The notes under the pieces: generated by a model
The model's input: only the letters and a program-made list of their open reading frames with translations
Databases searched by the model: none
What the model was told of the DNA's origin: nothing
Position numbers and translations under genes: made by a program
Shown: piece after piece, positions 39,002-52,500 of the stretch
Position numbering within the stretch: the first letter of the stretch is position 1
How the letters are laid out: each line of letters starts with the position of its first letter
NCBI GenBank assembly: GCA_000934665.2
Contig: KZ537961.1
Location: forward strand, 1-64,000
DNA: 64,000 bases
Reading direction: 5' to 3'
From: Catajapyx aquilonaris
Taxonomy: Eukaryota

Positions 39002-39030
39002 GCCCCGCCCCCTACCGCTCGACCAATCAG
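39002..39030 (-). promoter_or_regulatory. GC box and CCAAT box upstream of ORC3
   Basis: GCCCCGCCCCC at 39002-39012 and CCAATCAG at ~39023-39030, ~260-290 bp upstream of the ORC3 ATG. Motif match only. Confidence 0.4.
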
Positions 39031-39104
39031 GATTCGATCAAGATTTAGATCAGTTTGTTTACACCATGGGGTGGAAATCTTCTATCCCTGTCCATGTTAA
39101 ATGG

Positions 39105-39575
39105 CATCTGGAGGTCCAGCCCCGGGGCATATATTGTTGAGATTTTGTTATGGAGTGAGGAGGTTCCTGCCCTGCCCTCACCAGGTGCCAAAAGTTAATT
39201 GGCCACCGGGCGGACTGCCCCCGGAGTGATTTTGTGAATGGTGATCGCGCTTTTCTCATTGCTATTTGGGCTCTGATTGTCCGCATCTGGGGGTCTGGCC
39301 CCGGGGCAGATCTTGGTGAGTTTTTTTTTCTAGTGAGGAGGTTCCCGCCCTTCCCATACCGGGTTCCAAAAGTTAATTGGCCCCGTGGCGGACTGCCCCC
39401 GGAGTGATTTCATGAGTGCGAGTTTCTCATTACTATCCGGCCTCTCATTGTCCGCGTCTTATGGTTTGGCCCCGGGGCAGATTTTGCTGGTTATTTTTTT
39501 TTAGTGACCAGGGACCGGACTTTCCCTTACCAGGTGCCTGAAGTGAATCGGCCCCGAGACTAACTGCCCCGGGAC
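39105..39575. repeat. Diverged ~175-bp tandem repeat, ~2.6 copies
   Basis: GCCCCGGGGCA recurs at ~39120, ~39298 and ~39469, each followed by AGTGA(G/C)..., CCAGGTGCCAAAAGTTAATTGGCC-like and ACTGCCCC blocks. Confidence 0.85.
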
Positions 39576-39607
39576 TAGTAGTAGGCCTAGGCTATGGCAC
39601 GTGTCTC

Positions 39608-39703
39608 TTACCTTATATGCACGACCTTACCTTCTATATTTCTCCTTACCTTCCATATTTAGAAGGTAAATTTGCACATAGAAGGTAATTTAGAAGGTAA
39701 ATG
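39608..39703. repeat. Inverted array TTACCTT x3 / TAGAAGGTAA x3
   Basis: Three TTACCTT-containing motifs are followed by three TAGAAGGTAA motifs in the opposite orientation. Confidence 0.7.
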
Positions 39704-41675
39704 GTTAAGAGTATACTTACGCAATGTTCGAGTCAGTTTCATGCCAGAAATTACAGTCCCATAAGACTAATTTCGGAATTATAATTTTTTTGCGAAAAAA
39801 CACTTATGCTTTTAAATATTGAAAGGCTGAAAGTACCGTATAAATAAGCGTGCATTTGCATGCTATTTTTGAAAGTTCACCATACCCTATCCAATTACTA
39901 TCCAGACTATTTTTTAGTAGCTACTAAGTGCGATTACTATGCTTGACTTGAGTACGATAATTATTTAACAATGAGGGCTTCATTTCCCGTTTCGCTCTCT
40001 TTCCCTTCCTTAACGAATTCCCCACCATTCTTTTTTCCAAATAAAAAAATTCCCACACCATTCACTTAAATCGACTCTTCGCATTTTTTTTCTGTTTTCA
40101 AACTTTCTGAACTTCCATCAGTTTCTTATAGCCAGTAGTTATATTGCTTATCCTTTTTCTAGTACCAATGCGCAAATTTCTTTATTACTTCCTTCCTCCT
40201 ACACACTCAATCGAAAACGGGTCTTTCGATTCATAATTCTTGAGATAAAAATGCAGAGAAAATGGATTTGAACCTAGGTACTAAATCCGGCCTAGGATAA
40301 GTCCAAGTAACCGACATCTTTTGTTCAGGCCTGGTTGCCAAATGCTATTGCCCCTAAAGGTATAAGGGTGGAGGGGTCATCATGGTGGCACACCTAAAGG
40401 GTCTTTCACTCATCAATAAGGTTATTTGCAGACTTTAAGACCACCCAGGCGGTTTTAGGACCCACCAAAAAATCATGAAAAAAATGGGGCTGATTTTTTT
40501 GGATAAAGGACATGTCCTCGATATGCCCTTGTTGGGTGCGTGAAACGTATGTCCTGACCTTCTGTGCAACAAACGGGAGGACAACTTTAGGTAGTTAACA
40601 CCTCATGTCTCAATGCTAAGTTCCGTGCCACATTTTAGTTTGGACCATCTGTTGAAAGTCAGATATGTAGTTGCATTTTTTGTTGACAATGAAGGTGACA
40701 CCACCAGCCATATTGTGACTAATGTGTGCAGTGCTAAATGGATGAGTCTTAATTAAGCGGGTTAAAGAAGCGTGCTAATCACGGCTTGACGGGATGAGTT
40801 TAGGGTGGCCAATTATTAGCCGGAGATAAGTCAATTAAAACAGTGACGGCCAGCTTATTATTATAAAATTACATGGTTAATATTATTAGGCTGCAAAATT
40901 TTTTACACAAATTTTAAAGCAGGGTGTGATATTAGTGGCCACCAGTGAAGAATTGGAACACATCGTGATCAACAATAACAAAAATGACCAAATCTGTTAT
41001 GAAAATTACTACAAAACCGGAAGATTGTTTATTACTATTGCCTATACCCCACGTTTATTTCAAGCCCCCCCTAAATGTGGCAACCCCTAATTTTATACTC
41101 AGCCAAGTTGACTGCTTTGTTACCTGATTATATAAAATTCAAAGACATCTCCATCCATGTACCATTTCATCCATGTCCAGAAAAAGAGTGAGAAAAGTGG
41201 GCGGACAGGATTCTACCCCCCCCCCCCCCCGCCCTTTAAAGAAAAAAATTGCCCACGGAATGGCTAAGCATGCACCTCATCCGGCTCTTTGATCCCTCGG
41301 AAGAAGTTGAGGATTGCCACCCCCGTCTCTCCCACCCACTCACCTACCTGCAGCCCCCCCAGCGGTTCAAAGGGGGCCGCCCCGAAAAAGGGGGCGTCGG
41401 CACCTTTGTAGGGCACCTGCTTTATTGGGGGGCAATCAGCTACCTCCCCAGGCCCAAGCCTAGCCAGCCAAGCCACGGAGGAGTCATCGGGAGTGGAGGA
41501 CCCAACCTCTTCTACCACCAAAAAGAATGTGTCGAATTGGTGACATTATGTCAACATTATGTAATTTAATTAAAGTGTTTAAAGCAAAAATGTGCAACAT
41601 GCAATTTGTAAATTATTTTCTGCGTATATAAATATAATATAGCCTATATAATAGTATAGTATATACATATACACA

Positions 41676-41804
41676 TTTTATACATAAAGCAGAAAGTTTG
41701 TCTGTATGTCTGGGCTGCCTAGCCCACTTTAGGATTACTAGCGCACACATATGTATTATAACCTTATTTATCAATCCCAGAGCGAAGAACGGGTCCCCTG
41801 CTAG
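41676..41804 (+). mobile_element. Mini non-autonomous Helitron-like element
   Basis: Starts with a TTTATACATAAAGCAGAAAGTTTGTCTGTATGTC head and ends in CCCAGAGCGAAGAACGGGTCCCCTG-CTAG|T (GC-rich subterminus plus CTAG end). Confidence 0.55.
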
Positions 41805-42726
41805 TACATAATAAATAAAACCAATTCAGAGTGTTAGGAGTTAAAAATAAACGAATGTAATAGCTAAAATGGCGCCTGTTATTGACAATTGAGGGTCATA
41901 AAGCCATAGCACGCAGCCTTTTTACAAACCGGGAGTAATGAACCTGACAATTTATTAATTTGTGCATATGTATGAGATCTCTTCTCGCTTTTGCAATAAC
42001 GTGCGAAATGCATTCCTGTGGCCTCAAGTATGTTACAACCCTTGCTGTTTATAACTGCAAAAAAATTGACATTGTACATGCACATTTTTTAAGCTTCCAA
42101 GTGCATGATACCCTAAATGACATAATCGTATTCTAAACCACTACATGTTTTTCCAAAAGGTAATAACATGTTATTAAGGTGGTTTAGGGCTGGTTCTTTT
42201 TCCTGCTGTTCTTATTCAATATTCTATGTCGGAAGGACCCTCCAAAGAGCAAATCTTTTTTGGATGGTATAGGAGGCAGGGTGTGGGGGCATTGGGAGAG
42301 GGTATAAATAATAGTTTTAAAAAAATCCGGACCCATCTCCGGGGAGGTTTTGGTCTCATAAAAGACTAATGGGTTGTAAATCCAAAGGTCCTCTGCCGAA
42401 AGGAGAAGCGGCGTGAATGGTGATTGTGTTCGATTAATGATTGAGCGATGATCGGGTCATCCTTTGTGGCCTCAGAATTACGTTTTATGCACGTTGGGAA
42501 TCCGTGGACCCCGTGTACTGTATATGGCTAGGGAAATGCTACGGAACCGGCTATCATTATGTAGTATTTACAAGTAAGGAGGCCTATATTGCATTGTAAC
42601 GATGGCCAAAGTGAGGGGTAATTATTTATGAAAGATTGAATAATTGTGCTTAATTATTTTATCGTTCATTAAATGGGATAGGAAAATTGGTAATGACTTA
42701 TACACTTCTGGCATATTCAAATAGTT

Positions 42727-42761
<35 letters not shown>

Positions 42762-44431
42762 TCCAGTTCTCGCTAACCCCAAGTAATTGCTCTTTATAAC
42801 TACCGCCCAAAATACCCATCCGCAATGGACACGTCGAAGACTATTCTCCACTTGTTTCCAGCAAGAATGAAATCGTATATGACTGATGCAAATGTGGAAA
42901 GCTGCATGATACAACTCGGTGTGAGTGAAAAATCTATAGTAACAATTTCATCAGTGTCATCGTGGATTTTAGAAAATACTGCACGTTGAATATGTTTATC
43001 AATTATCAATATTTTGTGTGGTCTTTGTCATCCTTCTGAGTGTATATTCATGTCGAATTTCCTTATTTACGGTTAGAAGTTGGCCCCGTGTTATTACGAC
43101 GGTTCATATTGAAAACCTCTTCAAAATTACCTTAAAAATTATATTTGTGAAAAATTGAAAATCACAAAAAATCGCAACACTTCTGAGTCCAAACACATTA
43201 TTATATAGGTGCTTCATCCTCGTGATGCACTCACCAATCTCTTTATATTATTATCTGCATGAACCCAACACAAAATAATGAAGATTGTAAATTATGTTTC
43301 TTCGGCCATTTTATTCTATGTAATACGAGTATAGTGTGTGTGCAAAAACACAGCCAACTACGACACTATTTTCATATGCTTTCTTATAACATGTTTTGAA
43401 TACGTTATTTTCCAGTCACTTCCCAAATTGTGACTGATGAGGTGTCGTTCGACTTTAGTTTCCTCCCTCCTCTTGGGGTTTTTTTCCGCAATCTGCAGGC
43501 CTCGACAAATGTACATCGACAGAGCTTCAAAAGTCAGCAAAAGTTCCCTTTGCACCATTTCCAGTTTTAGAATAAAACCGACGTGAACCCGCTTTTCGCA
43601 AGTATCTCTATTATTTTGTCCAACCCTTGCACATAAAATATCAATAAATTTATGACTCAAAAATACCTTTACATATTGCGTACCACGTATGGGGAAGAGG
43701 GGTTTTTTGAGCAGTGAGACAAGTCGTGGGGGAATCCCGAGAAAAACTACGTGAACCTTGAGAATAAGTAAGTTATATGCGTTAATTGAGATACAGAGTC
43801 GATGAGTCGGGTTTATTTTATCTTCATAAGGATATGGAGATGCATGAATGAGCGATGATGAGTGATGGGGAAGTTTAGTTGTGACATAACCAACAGGGTT
43901 GTGACTAAACGTTAACAAAAAAGTGTTAATCGACAGAATCGACATCCCAGTGTGCCAGCTCAACCCTTGCAAGAAGATACAAGCTACCATTTCCACATCC
44001 AGATCAAAATTCAGCCCTCAATCTTACATTTATCAATGGCAATATTTCAATGTACCTAAGTTGGATATTTGAGCAGTAAATGACATAAAGTTATTTATGC
44101 TCCAAGGAGAGTTGCCAACCCCTTGGAGCAATCCTGGTGTAGGCCTAAGTCCCACACCAGCTGCTAAAGATGGCCGACGAAGATCCAAGTGATATTTCTG
44201 CGGGCACCTCTATGGACAAAATAATATTGTGTATGACAAATATAATAAGTGTGTGGCTGTCAGTTTTGCCAGCACGTTTAAAATTATTTTGTCATTATTT
44301 TTAACTTGTGAATTTTCGAATGTTTAATATTTGTTGAAAATTACCTCCTCTTAAATTTTTTATTGAAATTAATTTTTACTAAAATCATTTTTGTTAAAAT
44401 TAAGGAATGATCAAAGGAAATTTTATAAATA

Positions 44432-45147
44432 CAGTTGAATCCAGATATAACAGCCTCGGCTATAACAGACTGGAAAGGACGTTCCCGGCATATTTCCAAA
44501 ATGTATTGTGTGTGTGTTCGGCTATAATAACATACCTTGGTTATACAGGGTGATCCAACTCTATGGCACCAGTAGTTATTGAAAAAATCGCGCAAGCTGC
44601 TTGTTTATAAGCAAGTCGTTGCTAAGAGATGCTTTCTGGCTCTTTCTGGAGAATCGGGAATAGCACCTGCTGATATTAGGTCCAATGGCCATGTAACAAT
44701 AATATTTTATTTGCTGGTAACTAAACAACGCTGCCTGTTGACCTGTCTCAGTTTTGCCAACTACGGCCAACAATGAACAGACCAGAAGGCCTATTTATTG
44801 ACACACCCGGGTCTGTCCAGTTCCGACGGATTGGGCCTGTGGTTTGGCAGCTAGTGACCTCATGTGAAACCCTCCAGCGAACACCAGAACAGCCTGTTTC
44901 CCACGGATGATCCTTTTTTCCCTCATTAATATTGTTACATGGGCATTGGACCTAATATCAGCAGGTGCTATTCCCGATTCTCCAGAAAGTAACTCTTATT
45001 GATCTCTTAGCAACGACCTGCTTATAAACAAGCAGCTTGTTGATTTTTCCAATAACTGTTGGTGCCACAGAGTTGGATCACCCTGTATAATTACAACAAT
45101 ACTGATTTCCGCGGTCCCTTGAAGTCTGTTATATCCGGATTCAATTG
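44432..45147. mobile_element. pogo/Tigger-type MITE hosting a nested insertion
   Basis: TA|CAGTTGAATCCAGATATAACAG ... CTGTTATATCCGGATTCAATTG|TA. Confidence 0.8.
44546..45085. mobile_element. Tc1/mariner-type MITE with ~160-bp TIRs (nested)
   Basis: TA|CAGGGTGATCCAACTCTATGGCACC ... GGTGCCACAGAGTTGGATCACCCTG|TA; arms at ~44546-44706 and ~44925-45085. Confidence 0.9.
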
Positions 45148-48100
45148 TATTGCACCCAGTCAAAAATGGTGTAAGTCCATGATTCTGTATAGGATCAATA
45201 TGGCGTAAGTCACACTGACATGAATTTTTATCGATAAATAAGTTTTTTTGTTACAGTAGCAATAGGGTACATCTAAAAAAGACTGGCTTGTAATGATTGC
45301 CAAGCTGACATAATAGGGATCCAGACAGAGTCTATGATGTTCCTTTTTTTCTATGACCTTCCAAACTTACATCAGGTGAATTATCCCAACTTGCGTTTTT
45401 TGGACTTGCGCCTCATATGTTTGTCCCACCTCCCTAATTCCCCCCTTCCACACCTGAGGGCTAAAACTTGGCACACCCATGTATTACATGCCGATGATTC
45501 CAGTAAATATCCTAAAACTGCCATTTTTTTGAGTCTTAATGCCCAAAAACGTGCCCAAAATTTAGGATTTTCCTTTTTTTTACATTGTTCCCCTCCCCAC
45601 ATCCTTCCCAAAAAATCAGCAACAATGGAACATGGAACAGCGGACAGTAAATGTTGCGAATTCAAAACTCACAATAAGCGCCTACCTCCGCATTAACTAA
45701 AATTATCACGCACGGGCGACGTACCGTACCTGGCAGGGCCACAAGATGGACAGTACTGGTGCGATTACTCCAACGCCTCACTGATAACACCAACACAATC
45801 AGCATGGGGTATGCCATGAATAGGCCTAATAAACAAAGCTTAGGATGCATTTTACGCCAACACTTGTTCGTGGGCGAGAGGCCTCGAGGAGTGGCCCAGG
45901 AGACACTATCCTTCCTCCGTCCTTCTAGGAAGGCTCACCCCAAGGGGTTAACCACTTCGGTACTCCGGTGTCACAAGTGTCCGGCGTCGTCAATCAAGAT
46001 TATACGCTGTCAACTACCAGGTGCATTTAGCCAACCCCTGTGTGTAATACAGGGTGTATCATATACTGTAACTCGGGACAGACTTCTAGGGTGCGTCAAA
46101 AGTTCTCTATGGTTCTCCCTGTGTTCCAGTGGGACAATATTGCCAGGAAGAGAGATCACACAATGACGGAAATTGTGGTACAGAGAGATAAAAACCACAG
46201 CTTGGCAAAGGCCAGCAGATGGCAATGCTCAATAATGCGACAATGAAATAATCAGCAAGATGGTTATGAAAGAGAACAAAAATAACTTATAGGCACAACA
46301 TTGGACTTTGGGATAACTTCTTTTGAATACGCGTATGTACTCTGGAATATCACTCGTAGTTTTGTGTAACTTATCCTGCCATCAAGTAATGACACTGTAA
46401 ATAGGATCATTATCAACCTGCATCATGTCGCTGCAACGGAGGCAGTTTATTTGTCAGTGGAAATGGTGCAGAAAGATGATTTTGTTAAATGTAAAAAATT
46501 AATTGTGTTCTGCAATTATCTGAACCCATCAGGCATGCCTGCATGGAAAGAAATGTGCATCGGAGTTAGGCGCGGATGTTTTGCTTTGGAATTGTCGTGT
46601 GTTGGTCTTTGTCGTGTCGTGCTGTGGTCTCGGCATGGGTTGAAAAGTAGCCTACATATTACACAATATAATAGTAAAGCATAGGCATACTATAAGTAGA
46701 CGCCATGTGCAATATAAAAGCTTCGAGCAGCAATTATTAAATAGAAATTCCCTAATGGGGGTAGTTTCCACAGCTTCTACACTCCTCAGGTAAAGTTAGA
46801 AAACAATATGTTCCAATGCTCTTGAGAAGTTACAGTATAACGGCAGCATGAATTTTACTGTTGTTCATTATGCATTACAATACGGGCCGTTATAACTTCA
46901 AGCTGCTGGAACATCCTCGTCTCACCAATAATAATCAGTTTTGGAAGTCGCTATATAATAATATTATTTTTAAGACAGATTTCAATGAGGAGGAAACAAA
47001 TTACAATACGTTATTGTAAAACACAGGAATGTCGGCAATGTGACACAAAAGCCAGTGATTCTTTTTTCATTGTCTGATTATGCTTCTCTAGCCATGTTGT
47101 TCAAACTTCCTTCCGCAGCTGAATGATCACACAATTCATTTAGGACTCTTCACTGCAATTACTCTACAATAAAACTGGACCTAGTTTATAAGCACGACCT
47201 ATCAAAGCGCCGCTATTATGTCTAGAAACTATCTATTTTTTGCGATTATCCCAAGGCGGCAATAATGGTCTGAATTGGAGAATTTCAGTAATTGATTCAT
47301 TAGACCCCTTTCAAAAAGTCGGACATGAAATAATAAAAAAACCTGCGCAATTGCCATGAATTATTCCTTGCACGAGTTTGGGTTACGATGCAAAGCTCCA
47401 AAGATGGCCGCCAGTGGGCGTCATCCACATGCAGTGACATCGCTCGGCCCGCCATTTAGGAGAAACCAAATGTGGCGGACGTGCTCTGAAAGCCTAAGTG
47501 GAAACTATTATTCGAAGCCTATGCCTGAATAGTTGGCTTCCGGTTCCAAAAAGTGTCAAAAGCAACCAAAGTTGTGAATGGGGTCCATTCAAGTTTAGAA
47601 AATATTTTGGGTGTTGGAACAATGAATGGTGGGAATTTCCAGGTCTTTCGCAAGTGCAGTTGGGAGACTATTTGGCGTCTAATTTTGGAAAAAGGTCAGG
47701 TGTGACTTGAGGGGATATGGTTGTAGACGGCTTGGCTTCTTGGCTATTTATAAGGGCAGAATCCGCATTCCGGGTGGGCTTTGGGGTAAAAGGTCCGGGT
47801 ATTTGACATCTGGAGACAATTCTCTAGGGTTGTCGCACGTCACAACTGACCTTGCACAAAATTGCGGTCGTGCAGGTGATCTCTTACAAAGGATACTATT
47901 TTTATCTATGGCTAGTGACAAGCTTATTGGATCCAAAGTCAATTTTTGTTACGCTTAGGCCTATAACCCGTATAGCCCTATACGTATAATAAATATTCCA
48001 TAGGCGATAATATTAATAATGTGGCAGAAAATGTCTGAAATGAATGGAATGTGTGTGGTTTATGAGGAATTTACAGGATATCGGGCAGGTTGCGTCATTG

Positions 48101-49574
48101 TAACCCACGAAAGCTTTTTAGGGGGTTACACCCAACCTTTAATTCTTCAAAGGTGCCGAAGGAGAGTCGCAAATTGAACCTGTGTTTGGAATTTGAGAGC
48201 CGCTTCTCGTGCATAGAGTATGCTACGTTTTGATAGGTTAAAAAAAATAATTGCGACGTTGTAGGTAGACTTCAGAAGCTTACTTCTAAGTTAATGATGA
48301 CATGATAGATAGCTTAATTCATGCATCGATAAGACGAGACCACACTTGAAGGTGTGACTTCCTGTCAATTGGAACCGGAACTCATTTGAAATTGCCTTGG
48401 GTCACGTGCCGTCATAGCGTAATTACAGTACAATTACCGTCAAGACAAAAAACAAAAAAACAGAATAAAAGTGACGGGGAGTTTGAATATTTTCAACCTT
48501 GGTTCAAAAATGCAGAGGCAACAGACAGAAGGCTTTTTAGAACATGCTAGCTTTTAGTGTATTTGCTTTAGAGTTTTACGAGTCACCTAGTGGGGTTTTA
48601 TTTTCTAACAAACACTTCGATTTTAAAGCCAGGTTGTATTCTGTAGAAAACTTTTAAACTCTAAACTGACGATAGCATTTTTCAAAACTTTCCAAACTAA
48701 ATAGCAAAGCAGAATTCAATATATAGTGCGCATAGACGAAAATAATTATTTTTGTTGGTCATATAAATTGAATAATTTCCTGACACTAAAAACAGGTATC
48801 ATAAGCTACCTTCTTCAAACATACTTTTTTTAAAAACTGGTTGTACAATTAGGATTTAAAGCTTGTTCAGACATTTCTTACCTCCATCCAGTGACCACTT
48901 CCAGTAAAATGTTGCAAGCACCAACCATCGCAACAAACTGCCACTAAACTCCACATAGTTGTCAGCTACCAGTAGCTTACGCTTACCAGAAGCTCTTGCC
49001 GCCATATTGGTCACAGGTAAGTGTTGATGGAGCCTTGGGCTGTGTGTTTTTTCACCTTTAAAAAAAAAGGTAGATCCGGACTCCCAGTGTTAATCTGTCA
49101 CGCAATGGTCCTAATTGCTCATTGATTCTAGGAGTTGACCCCTTGCAATAAACAGGTCTCTCATATGCTACATAACCACCCCTAATAATTAATATCACTT
49201 TCCTCAAAAAATCAGATGCTAAAAAAATATACACCTGGGGACCACCCCTACCTGATGGGCGTACCCATGCAGGTGAGGCAGAACCAATGGCACCACAGGT
49301 CACTCTCTTCACTGCCTCCTACCATTGGCTAAGATTTTGGTTGCCCCCCTTTCACCCCCCCTACCTTTAGCACCTAACCGTGTCCATGGTCATCATGCCA
49401 CAACTGCCACTCTGCCACAACTGTGGGAAGTCAGGTTGATGAACCACTGTGGTGTGAATTTGGTGGTATTAGTCCATCTCTGTGAATTGGTGTGCGTGCT
49501 TCAACGTGTGGACACTGTTTTTTAAGGTGTGACGTAATATACATTTTTTTGTGACGGCGGCCATTTGTCATCCT

Positions 49575-52500
49575 ATGACGAGGGAAGAAGAGTTGGGGCT
49601 CAAATTAGAGCCGGGCATCTCTAATTCTATTCAGCATCATCATCATCATCAACAACAACAGAGGTTCTTTTCATCGGGTGAAGGAGGATTTGGGATGTCG
49701 CAGTCTCATCTGTTGTCGTCGATGGCGACGATGGTTATCGATGGGAACTACGCTGGATTTAGCGAGACTCAGGAGACGGTTAGGGTGACGTTGGAGGATC
49801 AGGAGCTATGGAGGAATTTTCATAGGCTTACCAACGAGATGATTGTTACAAAGTCTGGCAGGTGAGGACTGGTTTTTAGGAAACTTTGACATATTTTACC
49901 ATGAAAACGGAATATTGGGGGGTCATTTTGTTGACAATTTAGTGCTAAATTTGATAAACGTACGGAAAAGTAGCAGATGGGTAATATTGGCACTTTAAAA
50001 AATTAGGAATGCATGGTAATAACTAAAGAGAGTTAGGCCTAAGTGCAACATATCGGCAACATAGCCCGACTGCACATTCTCGTTACAGCAAATCGCTGAA
50101 ATGATATTTTGCAGTTTCTTACATTTTTATTGTGTAATTAGTACTGCTAATTACAATTTCAGGCGATGCTCGATGGTCTGGTGCAACTTCGGGATAGGTC
50201 ATTTAATCACGAATTTACTTGTTTTCGGCCCTTCTCTTTTCCCGACATCCACTCTCTGTGAATAGGCCTTCCAAAAGCTAGGGTTTAATTAATAATTAAG
50301 GTTGAATAGCAGTATTTAAAATTTTTATTTGTATAAAAAATGGTTTGTTTATTTTTTATTATTGGATATTTTGGTGCAGGCCTATAGACGCGTATAAGAT
50401 GTTAGTTTATGCAATCTGATACGAAGATTTCAGATATTACTGGTGATTTGAGGATTAAATTATGTTTACGTGACATTTGGTGAGTGACGTCCAAAGGAAG
50501 GTACGGTACCAAAATAATTGTCATCAAGCAGAATTAGAGATACTCTCTTGTACAGTATCCTGCTGCCTAATTCTGTCTGGCAACTGAAACTGGCAATTAT
50601 TCACTTGTTTGATTCGAAATGAAAATTAAAAATCAATTGTGACATATTTTAAAACAACGACAGATCGTCTGCCAGTATTTCAGGCTCTCCGGCCCAGTCA
50701 CAAGATATCCAAAAGTCACCTGGACTATAATAGTGTAAAAATAGAGTTCACTCAAGTAAGTCAGTTTAGTTGAGATGAAAACAGTACTCATCTTCAAGAG
50801 GTTTGACCTATTTACTTTTACCGATATCGTCAGCGTTTTACGACTCATAAATTTTTACCTAAAAATTAACATGCACACGAGACAATGGTATTGTAGTTAC
50901 AGTATTTCAGGCCCAATATTTCAGGTATCAGATCCATTCTCAATAGACAGAGAACAATATTAGTAAGATTTGTCTATGTGAGTTGCGATATTAATCTCAG
51001 CGGAGCAATATCAGTTTTATACTGCATACGCTTTCGAAGGAAAGACTGTGACAGGTCAACTTTCGCATATTGTGTTGAAGAATGACGAAATTATGTTTAT
51101 TGACTAAATTTTACTCTGACATCCAATAACATTGATAAGGATAAAATAAACACGCAGATAACTTGAGCAGACGTGCTATAAAATTACCATGAAATTAGTA
51201 CAATGCGGCTCAATTACAAATGCTTAAGGCATTCCTCATCAAGATGACAACAACCCGATGCCATCATATCAAGTGTCAAATTACACTGAATGCGAAATCA
51301 CAGCTCTTTACGGCGTCTTTAGAGCCAAATAACGTATATACAGTACATCTCACCACCTTTTTGTTGTGCTAAAATGTCAAATGTTCCTCTTACGTAACAC
51401 AATCCAGGCAAAGATCAGGTAATATTTCTAAGCACGTTGCCATGTGACATTTTAGGCCTGATTCAGTACATATGTAAATTATGGCTGGTTTTTACGAAGC
51501 TCGTTTTAAAATGAAGTTTTGTGCATTTGAAGAACGGGTCAAAAGTAATGGTTATCTATGATGTGAAGCGAAGATGGTCAGTGTTACGCAATAGATTTAT
51601 AGATGGTACTGGGAAATCATGTGAGCTTAACAAAAGGTGTGTAAGGAGAGTAGTCTACGTACAATGGGACTTGTACAATTTCGGCATTTTCGATATTGTT
51701 TTGTAAGCACGTCATACAGCAGACTGGTCAGAATCGGCTGACAAAATACATTTCAAGAGATCGTAATGACCGCACTTTGAGAGAAAACTGCACATTTTGT
51801 CTCGCAATATTGCCCTATAAAACTTCACATCCGTTCCTCTCTAAGTGGTTATTACTAACTTTTATTGTGCAGTTTTAGGGCAAAAACTCACCTCTGACTT
51901 TTCCGGGGTTGTGTATTTCTAGTGATATAAGAGAGAACAACTTTTAAGTAAAATTATTATTTTTAAAATGGTATGACATGCTCATGTAAATTTCTTTACA
52001 GACGTATGTTTCCTGTGGTCAAAATCAAGATCACTGGACTTGATCCTAAGGCAATGTATTCCATATTCCTGGAATTTCAGCAGATTGATAACCACAGGTA
52101 AGGAATCTAATTATATTGTACGACCTGCTAGTTATACAAAGTAGATTATTATTGAGAGATTACCGCGTGTAATTTGATAATTTGATAACAGCAATAATCC
52201 TCGTGCATATAATTAATATGGCTTGGTGTTGTTGATTTACAAAAGGGTTTTCCTGTTAGTATAGCCTATGTCCTATAGCATTGCTCTAGATTCATTGGAG
52301 ACCTTGTTTGCACGCTCTAAATGCGCACCCAATTTCCAGTCTTTTACGGCACCAGAAAAAGAAAATGACAGAAAATTGTACAACTTCACCCATCATTTCA
52401 CCGAATATGGCACCATTTAGTTTCACTCTATACTTTTGATAATCAGTCTTTTTTAAAAGTCCAACAGCACGTTATGTAAACGTGCTCAGTAACTAAAAAT

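Noticed and set aside
43358..43996. 212-aa minus-strand ORF
   Set aside because: GTG start, no recognisable domain, no splice or promoter support.
45230..45237. DRE motif TATCGATA as an ORC3 promoter element
   Set aside because: It lies 6.5 kb from the ORC3 start and is an isolated 8-mer.
46100..46540. Possible BEL/Pao integrase-region relic (ILPSSNDTVNRIIINLHH)
   Set aside because: Too degenerate to support by eye; needs a profile search.
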